DNA of 64,000 bases, taken from NCBI GenBank assembly GCA_048937405.1, contig JBHLNF010000013.1, positions 1-64,000 of the forward strand. The letters run 5' to 3'. The notes beneath the pieces are model-generated. The model worked only from the letters and a program-made list of their open reading frames with translations. It did not search any database and was not told the origin of the DNA. The translations under genes were made by a program, and so were the position numbers. Shown here one piece after another: positions 1 through 10,193 of this stretch. Source of the DNA: Promethearchaeota archaeon (lineage in GTDB: Archaea > Asgardarchaeota > Lokiarchaeia > Sigyniarchaeales > SOKP01). Within the stretch, counting starts at the first letter, position 1; the number at the start of each line of letters is the position of its first letter.

Positions 1-57
1 GATTCCTTTTTCTAAATAAAAAAAGAAAGTAAATGATTTTTTTTGAAAATTTTTTAT

Positions 58-585
58 TCAATCAGCGATTTTAGCTAAAATCCATGCGAAAATCAAAATC
101 CCGCCAACAACCATTATCATTATCATTCCTAACCCAATAGCAAAAGTTAATTCAACTCCAGGGTAATTATCAGCTATGATATCTGGAATAAAAAATAGCA
201 TTACTACTATTACTATAGCTTGACTTATAATCCTAGATAGTCCTCCAATTAACCATTTCTTTCTAGCTTTCTCAAGTTCTTTACTTCCAGTCATAACTCT
301 TATTCCACCAATAAATAAAAATAAAGCATCAAGCCCAAAGAAAATAGCAAAGATAATTCCAACCCAGAAAAAGCCATTTTGAAGATCACCTGCTTCGGGA
401 ACTGTCGCAACATATGGCTCAAGCTCATCTAAGATTCCCCCTCCAAAAGGCATGATATTTCCAGTGATAGCAGGATCTATAATTCCAGAGCTAAAAATAC
501 TTAGACCCATTACTGGCAAAAACAATGAAACGATCAGTAATACAACACATATAATAGGAAAAATTCCTATCCATTTCCCAGACAT
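58..585 (-). CDS. hypothetical membrane protein (~4 TM)
   Basis: 175 aa ORF with four hydrophobic segments; SD-like AAGGTAGGA upstream. Confidence 0.75.
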   Translation of the reverse strand: MSGKWIGIFPIICVVLLIVSLFLPVMGLSIFSSGIIDPAITGNIMPFGGGILDELEPYVATVPEAGDLQNGFFWVGIIFAIFFGLDALFLFIGGIRVMTGSKELEKARKKWLIGGLSRIISQAIVIVVMLFFIPDIIADNYPGVELTFAIGLGMIMIMVVGGILIFAWILAKIAD

Positions 586-938
586 TTAATTTCCTACCTT
601 CTTAAAATTTCTTAAAATTTTGAGATTACAAGAAATAGTAAACAATTTTTAAAAAACTTATAATATTTTCAACTCGACATAAATTAAGACTGAAATAACC
701 ATGCTCATTAAAAATGTAGAATAAAACTCTATTTTTGATGTCATAAAAAATTTTAGAAAGTATGGAAATTACTCAAAAGAATTAGAAAAAAAGAAATAAA
801 GGTTTTATAAAAATAAAATTTATTCAAATCATTGTTCATGTAAAGATTGGTCTATAAAAATTATAAATAATCATATTTTTTCATTTAATACAAGGAAAAA
901 GTAAAAATTAGAATAAAGTAAAGGATTGAAGTATTAAA

Positions 939-1190
939 ATGGAAGCGGGTATAAATTATCCTCAAGTTTTAGAGGAAGGCTTAAAAAAGGAATTAACATG
1001 GTTGATAGAAGAATTTGAAATTTTATTTAATTTGAAACCTAAAATTGACCCAAATAATGATAAGAAACTTGCTAATGAAATTTTAGATTTTTTTTATGAA
1101 AATACACTTGTCTATGACAATATTGTATTATACAACTTGTTTTCTGAAACCATGGAAAATATCGAAAAGATGTACCCAGATTTGTTTTAA
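939..1190 (+). CDS. hypothetical acidic protein
   Basis: 83 aa ORF with ATG, filling an otherwise empty region; no recognisable motif. Confidence 0.65.
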   Translation: MEAGINYPQVLEEGLKKELTWLIEEFEILFNLKPKIDPNNDKKLANEILDFFYENTLVYDNIVLYNLFSETMENIEKMYPDLF

Positions 1191-1352
1191 CTAACTTCAT
1201 CGTTTTTTTTAGTCTAATATTGCTTATTATATTGTAAAAAAACACGATCTTAGTATAAAAAAGATACTTTTTTTTAGATCTTAAAGACTAATTACTAATT
1301 TTGATGTTTTTTGTCATTTAGACTTATTCGTATTAAAAAAAAATAAAAAAAA

Positions 1353-2705
1353 TTACAATTTTATAATATATCTATCTCTTTCCCATTGACTTACATGGAT
1401 TCTGTAGGTGTCATATTCCTCTAATTTGGCATAGTAAAAGTTTTTCCAAGGCTCTTTTCCAAATACTTCTTTCATAAATTCTGAATTCCTAAATTCTATA
1501 ATTGCTTGCCTTAAACTTCCTGGTAATGCATCAATTCCTGCTTTTTCAAGATCTTTGGATGAAAAATGATAAACATTTTTATCAGTAGCTTCAGGAATTT
1601 CAATATTATCAGAGATTATTCCATCCAGACCTGTCGCTAATAATACAGCAAATTGAAGGTAGGGATTCCCTGCAGGATCAGGGCATCGTATCTCACAACG
1701 AGCAGAACTAGGCTTTCCACTAAAATCTGGGACTCTTATTAACGGTGATCTGTTCCTAAAACCCCAAGCTATATATACTGGAGCTTCATATCCCGGAACC
1801 AGACGTTTATAAGAGTTTGGCCAACTACTTAACACTGCACACATCGCTTTAGCATGTTTTAATTGTCCAGCGATAAATTTCTTCATCGTCATTGAGATAT
1901 AATTTTCATCTTTCTCATCATAAAAAGCATTTTTTCCATCCTTCATCATACTTTGGTGAACATGCATACCACTACCATTAATTCCTGCAAATGGTTTTGG
2001 CATAAATGTCCCAATCATACCATCTTCAGCTGCAACAGTTTTAATTATGTTTTTAAGGGTGATCGTATTATCCGCTGATGTTACTCCCTGATCATATTTA
2101 AAATCTACTTCATGTTGACCATAGGCAACTTCATGATGTATTGCTTCAGTTTCAATTCCCATAGCATCACAATATTCATTAATCCTATACCTCATCTGCT
2201 CGTTAATATCATAAGGATCATAGTCAAAATAACCTCGCATATCTCCCGGTTTAAATGCTTCTTCTGTATCTGGAGTAATCACAAAAAATTCCAATTCTGG
2301 TGCACAAAAATAGTCAAATCCATACTCTGCTGCTTTTTTAACAGCCCTTTGAAGGATATATCTTGGATCACCTTCATATCTCATTCCATCTGGTTTGTAT
2401 ATGTCACAAATAAATCGAGCTACTTTTTTTTCTTTTCGCCATGGTAATATCGCAAATGTAGTAGGGTCGGGAACCGCTGTTTTATCCGATTCTTCAATCG
2501 CTCCATAACCTGTAATTGAACTTCCATCAAAATGCTCGCCATCTTGGAGAAAATCTTCAATATGGTTTGCATTCACTTCAAAAGATTTGATTATACCATG
2601 GATATCTGTCCATTGAAGGTAAATCAATTTAATATTTTGTTCCTTGACCTTCTCGATTACTTTATCACATATTTTCCAGCGTTCTGGATCATCTTTTTCA
2701 ATCAT
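1353..2705 (-). CDS. glnA: glutamine synthetase type I (GSI-alpha-like)
   Basis: FDGSSI, HHEVAYGQHE, FMPKPFAGINGSGMHVH, SYKRLVPGYEAP, NRSPLIRVP and EIRCPDPAGNPY motifs. Confidence 0.97.
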   Translation of the reverse strand: MIEKDDPERWKICDKVIEKVKEQNIKLIYLQWTDIHGIIKSFEVNANHIEDFLQDGEHFDGSSITGYGAIEESDKTAVPDPTTFAILPWRKEKKVARFICDIYKPDGMRYEGDPRYILQRAVKKAAEYGFDYFCAPELEFFVITPDTEEAFKPGDMRGYFDYDPYDINEQMRYRINEYCDAMGIETEAIHHEVAYGQHEVDFKYDQGVTSADNTITLKNIIKTVAAEDGMIGTFMPKPFAGINGSGMHVHQSMMKDGKNAFYDEKDENYISMTMKKFIAGQLKHAKAMCAVLSSWPNSYKRLVPGYEAPVYIAWGFRNRSPLIRVPDFSGKPSSARCEIRCPDPAGNPYLQFAVLLATGLDGIISDNIEIPEATDKNVYHFSSKDLEKAGIDALPGSLRQAIIEFRNSEFMKEVFGKEPWKNFYYAKLEEYDTYRIHVSQWERDRYIIKL

Positions 2706-2943
2706 TTCTTTTCATTTTATTTTTTCTTAATATAATCTATTATACTCAATTATATTTTCTCTTATAAATTATATTATGAACTAATTGTGGGGAATTATGA
2801 TATTTTAAAGAACCTAACATAAAATGGAAAATTTATAATATTTATTAAGATCCACTTGACAAAATAATCACTTTTAGAATGTATGAGATAATCAAATTTT
2901 ATCAATAAAATAATAATTTAAGTAAGAATTAATTTGAAATTTT

Positions 2944-4599
2944 TCAAAATTCATTATCAAAATTTATCTTTTTTAATACTGGATATCGACGTCCAATACC
3001 AAATGCACTTTCACTCACTTTGATTGATTGAACCAACTGTCGACGTTTAAATTCTGAGTTCAAATACAATTTTCTTACATGATTTATAGTTTCTAGATCA
3101 ACTCCTTTTTTTTTCAAATGATCTAATTCATTACCTATTCCATGTTTAATAATCTCATTCAAAATAAGATCTAATATACTATAAGGTGGTAAAGAATCTT
3201 CATCTTTTTGATTTTCTCTCAACTCAGCAGTTGGAGGTCTTTCAATAATACCTTTAGGAATAACTTCTTTTTCTCTATTTATCCAATTACAAATATCATA
3301 GATTTGTATTTTTAAAAGATCTCCAGGGATATTTTTTCCCCCACAGGTATCTCCATAAAGCGTACAATATCCGACAGCTATCTCAGACTTATTACCTGTG
3401 GAAACTAATAACCAATTAAATTTATTTGAATAATACATCAATATTGTCGCACGGATTCTGGCTTGTAGATTCTCATCTGCTATATCAAAAGGTAATTCTC
3501 CCAAGTTTTTCTTAAAATCCTGATTATAGCTCTGAAAAATATCGTCAATTGGGTGAATAATATATTTAATTTCTAAATTTTCACATAAATCACGAGCTAA
3601 ATTTATACTCTGGTCTGAAGTAAAACGCGTAGGCATCATAATACACGTTATTTTATCCGATCCAATTGCCTTAGCACAAATATAAGCAGTAAATGCTGAA
3701 TCAATTCCCCCACTTAATCCTAAGATGATACCTTTGAAAACTCCACTTTTATGATAGTAATCATAAACGTTCAACTTTAATGCACCTATAACTTCTTCTC
3801 TCCAATCTAGCATAGGTGGAGGAAATTCAATGGGTTTATCGTCATCAATGTTTATTTCAACTTCGGCAACATCCTCTTCAAATGCTTTTGCTTGATATAT
3901 TACTTGCGCTAATTTATTTGTTACAAAACTCTGTCCATCATATACTATTTCATCAAGACCTCCCACCATATTCAGATATACTATCGGGATTGAAAATAAT
4001 TTCGATTTTTTTTGTATTAAATCGTGTCTCATTTTTATTTTATTAATATGATAGGGAGAAGCATTAATAACTATCAATATCTCAGCGTTGTTCGATACAA
4101 GATTGTGTGTAACTTTGATATCATAAGCATCATCCCATACATCTTCACAAATTAAAATCCCCGCTTTTATACCATTGATCTCGATAGGTTTAAACTTTTT
4201 ATCAAAAGAGAAGTATCTATGCTCATCAAACACGTCATAATTAGGCAATAATCGCTTATTTTCAATGTGTATTATCTTTTTTCCATTGATTACAACAGCA
4301 GAATTGTAAAATGGCTGGAAACTCCCACTTAGCTCTGGAGGCTGAGTAAATGTGCCTACTATAATTGTAGCTCTTGAATTTATACTTTTAATTTGCTCTA
4401 TTGCATCCCGGTTTTTCTTTTGGACTAGTGGATCAAGAATATGATCCATTAGAGGATATCCTACTAATCCCATTTCTGGAAAGATGATTACATCAACATC
4501 TTGATGTTCTTGAATGATTTTAATAATCTTTTCCAAATTGTAATTAATATCAGCTACGACAGGATTTATTTGACCAAGTATGATTTTAATATTTTTCAT
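2944..4599 (-). CDS. nadE: glutamine-dependent NAD+ synthetase
   Basis: Nitrilase-like domain (FPE, KRLLPNYDVFDE, ICED) plus synthetase domain (GLSGGIDS, ENLQARIR, TGNKSE). Start moved to MKNIKII (4599); the track start is 4662. Confidence 0.95.
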   Translation of the reverse strand: MKNIKIILGQINPVVADINYNLEKIIKIIQEHQDVDVIIFPEMGLVGYPLMDHILDPLVQKKNRDAIEQIKSINSRATIIVGTFTQPPELSGSFQPFYNSAVVINGKKIIHIENKRLLPNYDVFDEHRYFSFDKKFKPIEINGIKAGILICEDVWDDAYDIKVTHNLVSNNAEILIVINASPYHINKIKMRHDLIQKKSKLFSIPIVYLNMVGGLDEIVYDGQSFVTNKLAQVIYQAKAFEEDVAEVEINIDDDKPIEFPPPMLDWREEVIGALKLNVYDYYHKSGVFKGIILGLSGGIDSAFTAYICAKAIGSDKITCIMMPTRFTSDQSINLARDLCENLEIKYIIHPIDDIFQSYNQDFKKNLGELPFDIADENLQARIRATILMYYSNKFNWLLVSTGNKSEIAVGYCTLYGDTCGGKNIPGDLLKIQIYDICNWINREKEVIPKGIIERPPTAELRENQKDEDSLPPYSILDLILNEIIKHGIGNELDHLKKKGVDLETINHVRKLYLNSEFKRRQLVQSIKVSESAFGIGRRYPVLKKINFDNEF

Positions 4600-4931
4600 T
4601 AATAATCCCCAAGGAAGATATATTCCTTTTGTATGAATTGTTTGTTGTTGAAATGTATTCATTCTTTAATTAATCTTTTGTGAAAAGTTCACCACTGTTC
4701 ATAAATTAAAAAAATTATTATATGATTCTTCTTACTATTTATTATTCTTGATGAATCTCCTTGAAGATTTTTATGAATAACTTGATATTCTTGATGCAAA
4801 TAAACCTTAGTTTTAAGAAGTTTCTAATAAACGTCATAAGAATTAAGGAAAATTCTCAATAATATTTTTATATTCAGAATTTTTTTTTGAATTAACAAAA
4901 AATATATCAAAATTAAATTCAAAAAAAAAAT

Positions 4932-5714
4932 ATGTCAAAAAATAAAAAAAAAGTGATTGATAAGGATTACGATAAAGCACTTAGATCAAAAAATATTGAA
5001 TGGGTAAACTTAGGAGTTAGGGGATTAAAAAATTTCATTCCTGGACTTCCTAAAGGTGATGCAATTTTAGTAAGAGGAGAACCTGGAACTGGAAAAACGA
5101 TTTTGTGTCTTCAATTTACACATCAAGGAATTGAAGAAGGTGAAACAGTAGTTTATATAACAACCGAAGAAACACCAGAAACAATCATAAGAACTGGTGC
5201 AGAATTATGGGAAGATTTTCCGAATTTAGTAGAACAAAAAAAATTTATAATTATCAATTTGTCAATTAGTGCTACTTACGCTAGTGAATTTAGTTTAATA
5301 AATAAAGGGGAAGCAATGGCAATAATAATGAATGTTCTTAATAAAGTATCTAATGTATCTCGAATTGTTGTGGATTCTTTATCTGCTTTGGAACGTAGAT
5401 TAGCAGATCAATCGGAATTTAGGGAAGTTTTCATGAAATTACTTCTTGAAACAAAAAATAGGGGCGCTACAACTCTTTTTTCTGCAGAAGGTATTCCAGA
5501 AAGACCTGGAATTATAGAATATCTAGTAGATCATTTAATATATTTAGATTATCAAAAACATGATGTTATCTGGACACGTGTTTTCGTTCTGCGTAAGTCA
5601 AGAAGCGTCCCCTTACAACCTCAAATCCTGAAATTGAACATTGAATCAGAAGGATTATGGGTTGAAGAGATTCCAATTTCATTGAAACCAGTCTGGTTTG
5701 CGAGTAAATTATAA
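4932..5714 (+). CDS. KaiC-like/RAD55-family RecA-superfamily ATPase (single domain)
   Basis: Walker A GEPGTGKT, YITTEE, RIVVDSL, EYLVD, LRKSR; first gene of an operon with amtB-glnK. Confidence 0.88.
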   Translation: MSKNKKKVIDKDYDKALRSKNIEWVNLGVRGLKNFIPGLPKGDAILVRGEPGTGKTILCLQFTHQGIEEGETVVYITTEETPETIIRTGAELWEDFPNLVEQKKFIIINLSISATYASEFSLINKGEAMAIIMNVLNKVSNVSRIVVDSLSALERRLADQSEFREVFMKLLLETKNRGATTLFSAEGIPERPGIIEYLVDHLIYLDYQKHDVIWTRVFVLRKSRSVPLQPQILKLNIESEGLWVEEIPISLKPVWFASKL

Positions 5715-5731
5715 GGGTGATTTGAAAAAGA

Positions 5732-7045
5732 ATGGCAACTGATGAAGATTATTTTGGAGCATTTCAGCAAGCATTTCTAGTAGGTTGGGCACCTGTAGCA
5801 ATTTTCATTATGGCTACAGCTGGATTTGGATTTCTCTATGCGGGAATGGTAAGAAAAAAAAATGTTTCTCACACAATTATCATGATTAATGTTGGATGGA
5901 CATTAGCATTTTTTCTTTATTTTCTAATTGGATTTCCGATCGCTTACTATTCGGATGCTCCATTTTTAGGATTTCCTAAATGGATACCGACTATCACTAA
6001 CCCTCTCCCTCCGATTTTATCCGGATCAGGAGCTTATGGAATATCTGGGAGTGCGTCTGCTTTAGGTGACATGGCTTTATGGTTTAAAATGTCCATGTTT
6101 ATGATTACTTGTTTAGCAATTGTACCAGGAGCAACAGCAGAGAGAGATAAGCTATTTGGATGGATTATAGCAGCAGCTGTAATTGCAGCAGTTATTTATC
6201 CTATAATTGAACACTGGGTTTGGGGAGGTGGATGGTTATCATCACTAGGATACATAGATTATGCAGGATCTAGTGTAGTACATCTTACAGGAGGAATGCT
6301 AGGATTAACAGCTGCTATTATTATAGGTCCTAGAATTGGAAAATTTGTAGGAAAAAATAAATCACCAAGGACCTTCTTTGGGCATAGTATCCCATTAGCA
6401 GTTTTAGGGGCATGGCTTTTAGTCTTTGGATGGTTTGGATTCAATATTGGATCAAGTACTGCAGCGGATCCAGAAACAATTAATGTTGAATTAGCTTGGG
6501 TATCCATCACAACAGCAATGTGTATGGCGGGAGGATTATTTGGGGCAGCTATTACCTCAAGAGGTCATGTTTTAACTAGTATGATAGGTCTTCTTGCTGG
6601 AGCCGTTGCGATATGTTCTGGAGCTCATATAGTGAATCCAATTTCCGCTTTTATTATAGGGATTGTAGCGGGAGTTTTAACAACGCTAGTATATGGCATT
6701 TTGGAACATAAATTAAAAATTGATGATGCCTTGGCAGTTTTTCCAGTTCATGGAGCCTGTGGAATCTGGGGAGTTATTGCCACAGGTATTTTTGGAGCAA
6801 AAGCATTAGGAGCACATCCTATCTATGGTTTTGAATTAACGGAATGGGGAATTAGATTAGCTGTTCAAGTAATAGGTGCACTGGTTATTGCTATAGTCGT
6901 TGCAGGTTTAGGTTTATTGTTATTTTGGGTTCTAAATAGATTCAAATTATTAAGAGTATCAAAAGACGAAGAATTATTCGGTGTAGATATATCAATCCAT
7001 AAAACATATGCATATCCTGAAGAAATGATGGATGCAGAAAAATAA
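5732..7045 (+). CDS. amtB: ammonium transporter Amt (copy 1)
   Basis: HWVWGGGWL, DYAGSSVVH, GWFGFN, DDALAVFPVHG (twin His); about 11 TM. Confidence 0.95.
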   Translation: MATDEDYFGAFQQAFLVGWAPVAIFIMATAGFGFLYAGMVRKKNVSHTIIMINVGWTLAFFLYFLIGFPIAYYSDAPFLGFPKWIPTITNPLPPILSGSGAYGISGSASALGDMALWFKMSMFMITCLAIVPGATAERDKLFGWIIAAAVIAAVIYPIIEHWVWGGGWLSSLGYIDYAGSSVVHLTGGMLGLTAAIIIGPRIGKFVGKNKSPRTFFGHSIPLAVLGAWLLVFGWFGFNIGSSTAADPETINVELAWVSITTAMCMAGGLFGAAITSRGHVLTSMIGLLAGAVAICSGAHIVNPISAFIIGIVAGVLTTLVYGILEHKLKIDDALAVFPVHGACGIWGVIATGIFGAKALGAHPIYGFELTEWGIRLAVQVIGALVIAIVVAGLGLLLFWVLNRFKLLRVSKDEELFGVDISIHKTYAYPEEMMDAEK

Positions 7046-7081
7046 ATCTCTGAAGAAAAGTCTGAAGAAAAGGGTGATATA

Positions 7082-7429
7082 ATGAAAAAAATTGAGGCCA
7101 TTGTAAGGAATGATAAGCTTAGTATAATTAAAGGTGCATTAGCAGATTCTGGATTTTCTGCACTCACAACTTATGAAGTAAAAGGTCGTGGAAAACAATC
7201 AGGTATAATCCAAATATTAAATGATACAAAAATCTATGCTGATTTACTCCCAAAAACGAAAATAGAGATTATAGTAAAATCTGAAGATCTAGAGAAAGTT
7301 CTTAGTTTAATTATTGTAAATGCTAGAACTGGAATGATTGGTGATGGAAAAATTTTTGTCTCAGATATACGAGAGACTATCAGAATTCGAGACGGTACAA
7401 GAGCAACAATAAACAAAGAAATAATTTAA
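7082..7429 (+). CDS. glnK: PII nitrogen regulatory protein (copy 1, divergent T-loop)
   Basis: MKKIEAIVR, GRGKQ, ARTGMIGDGKIFV, IRIR; follows amtB. Confidence 0.95.
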   Translation: MKKIEAIVRNDKLSIIKGALADSGFSALTTYEVKGRGKQSGIIQILNDTKIYADLLPKTKIEIIVKSEDLEKVLSLIIVNARTGMIGDGKIFVSDIRETIRIRDGTRATINKEII

Positions 7430-7606
7430 ATCCATTTTTTTTTTAGATTTTATTTAATATAGGGTGTTGAAAACTAAAAATTTCAAAAAATCATTAATCT
7501 AATGATTATTACACAGCTCCTGAAGTTTTTAGTCAATAGAACCAAATTATCTTAAAAAATTGAAAATGTTTTAATAATAACTAAAAAATTAAAAAGGTGA
7601 TAATTA

Positions 7607-7753
7607 TTGGATAATGAAACAAAATCACAAGAATTAGAAAAGATTGAAAAGAGAATTATTGATCTTGAAAATAGAATGAGTAAATTAGAAAAAAAATTAC
7701 TCACGAGTACTCCATTTAAAAAAAATGGAACAGGAGCAAAAGAATTTATATAG
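7607..7753 (+). CDS. small coiled-coil protein, 48 aa (not in ORF track)
   Basis: AAGGTGA SD then TTG; MDNETKSQELEKIEKRIIDLENRMSKLEKKLLTSTPFKKNGTGAKEFI has a heptad pattern. Confidence 0.7.
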   Translation: MDNETKSQELEKIEKRIIDLENRMSKLEKKLLTSTPFKKNGTGAKEFI

Positions 7754-7997
7754 TAAATAGAATCCAAATAATTCTTTTTTTTTAAAGAATCTTCAAAATC
7801 TTGGAATTAAAAGCTAAAAGTTTCAGAAAATTATTAAATGTTCATACACAATCATAATTTGTAAGAACTCTGCAAATCTTGCTCTCTTTTTTTCATAACT
7901 TTTCTCAATCATCTTTTTATATCTCGATCCTTTAATTATATTCAATTAATTTTTTCACTTGAAATTTAGTGTAATTACACGGAGCTGTGTAAAAAAT

Positions 7998-9197
7998 TTG
8001 GCGGGTGCAGATATAGCTTTTGTCTTAATATGTACGGGGTTAGTTTTTATTATGACTCCTGGGCTAGCGTTCTTTTATGGGGGGCTACTACGTAAGAAGA
8101 ATATTATAAATATGATGACAATGTGTTTTGTCTCAATATCAATTGTAACAGTTGCATGGTTCATAATTGGTTATAGTTTAGCCTTTGCTCCTGATATTGG
8201 TGGTGGATTTATTGGAGGTTTTAATTTCCTTGGACTTTTCGGAGTAGGAACAGATGCTAATCCAGTATATTCTGATGCAATGCCACATCTATTATATATG
8301 ATATTTCAATTAATGTTTGCAATAATTACTGTAGCGATTATAGCAAGTCCTTTCGCAGAGAGAGTAAATTTTAAAGCGTTCATGATATTTATTTCAATCT
8401 GGCTTATAATAGTATATTCTCCTATAGCTCATTGGGTTTGGGGTGATGGTGGGTGGTTAAATACTCTAGGAGCACGAGATTTCGCTGGAGGTACGGTCGT
8501 TCATATAAATGTAGGATTTGCCTCTTTAGCAGTCGCCTTGGTTATTGGTCCAAGGAAGGGATATCAAGAAGAACCTATGGAGCCTTCAAATATTCCTTAT
8601 GTATTACTTGGAATGGGACTACTTTGGATTGGATGGTTTGGATTTAATGGTGGAAGTGCTTTAGCTGCAAATAGTACTGCGGTATTAGCTATAGTTAATA
8701 CTCATATAGCGGCGAGTACTGCTGGTTTAATTTGGATGATTATAGAATACTATAAAACGGGAAAATTTAGTAGTCTTGGATTAGCAACGGGTGGTTTAGC
8801 GGGATTAGTTGCAATTACTCCTGCTGCTGGTTTTGTTGAACCGTGGGCTGCATTAATAATTGGAGCTGTCGTTGCAGTAATCTGTTATAGTACACTTACT
8901 TGGCGTTCAAAATCGAAAATTGATGAATCTTTAGATGCGTGGGCGGTTCATGGATGGGGAGGTATCTGGGGAGCAATTGCTACCGGGATTTTTGCTAGCG
9001 TGGGGGCTACAGGTTTAATAACAGGTAATCCTGGACAAGTATGGATTCAAACAGTAGGAGTTATAGTGACACTTGTATATACTTTTGTAGTAACCTGGAT
9101 AATAGCTAAAGTGATTGATAAAGTTATGGGTTTAAGAGCATCTGAGGAAGAAGAATATATTGGAATAGATATTACAATCCATGGAGAAAAAGTATGA
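7998..9197 (+). CDS. amtB: ammonium transporter Amt (copy 2)
   Basis: MTPGLAFFYGG, FQLMFAIIT, DFAGGTVVH, GWFGFNGGS, DAWAVHG. Start likely TTG at 7998 (track 7959). Confidence 0.95.
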   Translation: MAGADIAFVLICTGLVFIMTPGLAFFYGGLLRKKNIINMMTMCFVSISIVTVAWFIIGYSLAFAPDIGGGFIGGFNFLGLFGVGTDANPVYSDAMPHLLYMIFQLMFAIITVAIIASPFAERVNFKAFMIFISIWLIIVYSPIAHWVWGDGGWLNTLGARDFAGGTVVHINVGFASLAVALVIGPRKGYQEEPMEPSNIPYVLLGMGLLWIGWFGFNGGSALAANSTAVLAIVNTHIAASTAGLIWMIIEYYKTGKFSSLGLATGGLAGLVAITPAAGFVEPWAALIIGAVVAVICYSTLTWRSKSKIDESLDAWAVHGWGGIWGAIATGIFASVGATGLITGNPGQVWIQTVGVIVTLVYTFVVTWIIAKVIDKVMGLRASEEEEYIGIDITIHGEKV

Positions 9198-9215
9198 GGG
9201 AGGTATAAAATAAAA

Positions 9216-9557
9216 ATGAAAAAAGTAGAATGTTTTATACGACCAGAAAGATTAGAAGCTGTAAAATCTGGATTATTTGATAAAGGAATTAAAGGAATGA
9301 GCGTACAGGAAATTAAAGGACATGGTAGTCAAAGGGGAATAAAGCTTGTAGGAAGAACAGGAGAATATTGTGTCGAATGGATTGATAAATTGAAACTGGA
9401 GATAGTTATTAGTGATAGAATAAATATCGATGAAATTGTTGATACTATTATAGAAAATGCTAAAACAGGCAAACCTGGCGATGGTAAAATATTTATAATT
9501 CCCATTGAAAAAGCAATAAGAATCAGGACAAAAGAGAAAGGTGAAGATATTTTATAG
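9216..9557 (+). CDS. glnK: PII nitrogen regulatory protein (copy 2)
   Basis: GHGSQRG...GRTGEY T-loop, KTGKPGDGKIF, IRIRT; GGAGGT SD. Confidence 0.95.
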   Translation: MKKVECFIRPERLEAVKSGLFDKGIKGMSVQEIKGHGSQRGIKLVGRTGEYCVEWIDKLKLEIVISDRINIDEIVDTIIENAKTGKPGDGKIFIIPIEKAIRIRTKEKGEDIL

Positions 9558-9584
9558 ATACAAATTAATTTTTAAGTCTTTTTT

Positions 9585-10187
9585 TTAATTTTTTTTTAAA
9601 AAGATATTATCATTATCCAAACTAATTTTAAGTTTTGAGAAGCCTTCTTTTACTTGAACATTGAAACCCATACCTCTTAACACTTCCTCTAGAAAAGTTT
9701 TAATGAAGTTTTTTTGAATATCAGAACCCAATAATAATGTATATCTATTTGATGAATCTTTAACAATTTTAAAGAAATTACATGCTTCAAGACGTTCCAC
9801 CACTTTCTGTACAGTTGTAATATCAAGATCCTGAGAAAATTCTTCCGCATGAGCTCTTCCTATTGATTTATTTATATCCTCAAATTTTTCTCTTTCAGGA
9901 GAGTTTTCTATGAACTTTAAGAAACTTAAATAATGATCTACATCTAAAATAATGTGTTCTCCGTGAGAGAGTAATTCTAAGTAGGTATTCACCTTAGCAG
10001 ATACTCCATTTTCTTTTTTATCAAAAACTTTCTTAAATTTATGATAAAATTTAATTGCTTTTCTTATTGTTTCAGATCTAGAACTCTCCGAGTGATTATT
10101 TAGCTTATTTAATATTTGTTTTGTACTTTCATCTATTGCAATAGTTATCCTATTCTTTATTTTGTGATGATTTTCTAATTCATTCAT
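9585..10187 (-). CDS. ribbon-helix-helix (CopG-like) regulator with C-terminal effector-type domain
   Basis: RITIAID...SRSETIRKAI RHH pattern at the N-terminus. Confidence 0.75.
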   Translation of the reverse strand: MNELENHHKIKNRITIAIDESTKQILNKLNNHSESSRSETIRKAIKFYHKFKKVFDKKENGVSAKVNTYLELLSHGEHIILDVDHYLSFLKFIENSPEREKFEDINKSIGRAHAEEFSQDLDITTVQKVVERLEACNFFKIVKDSSNRYTLLLGSDIQKNFIKTFLEEVLRGMGFNVQVKEGFSKLKISLDNDNIFLKKN

Positions 10188-10193
10188 TTTTTA

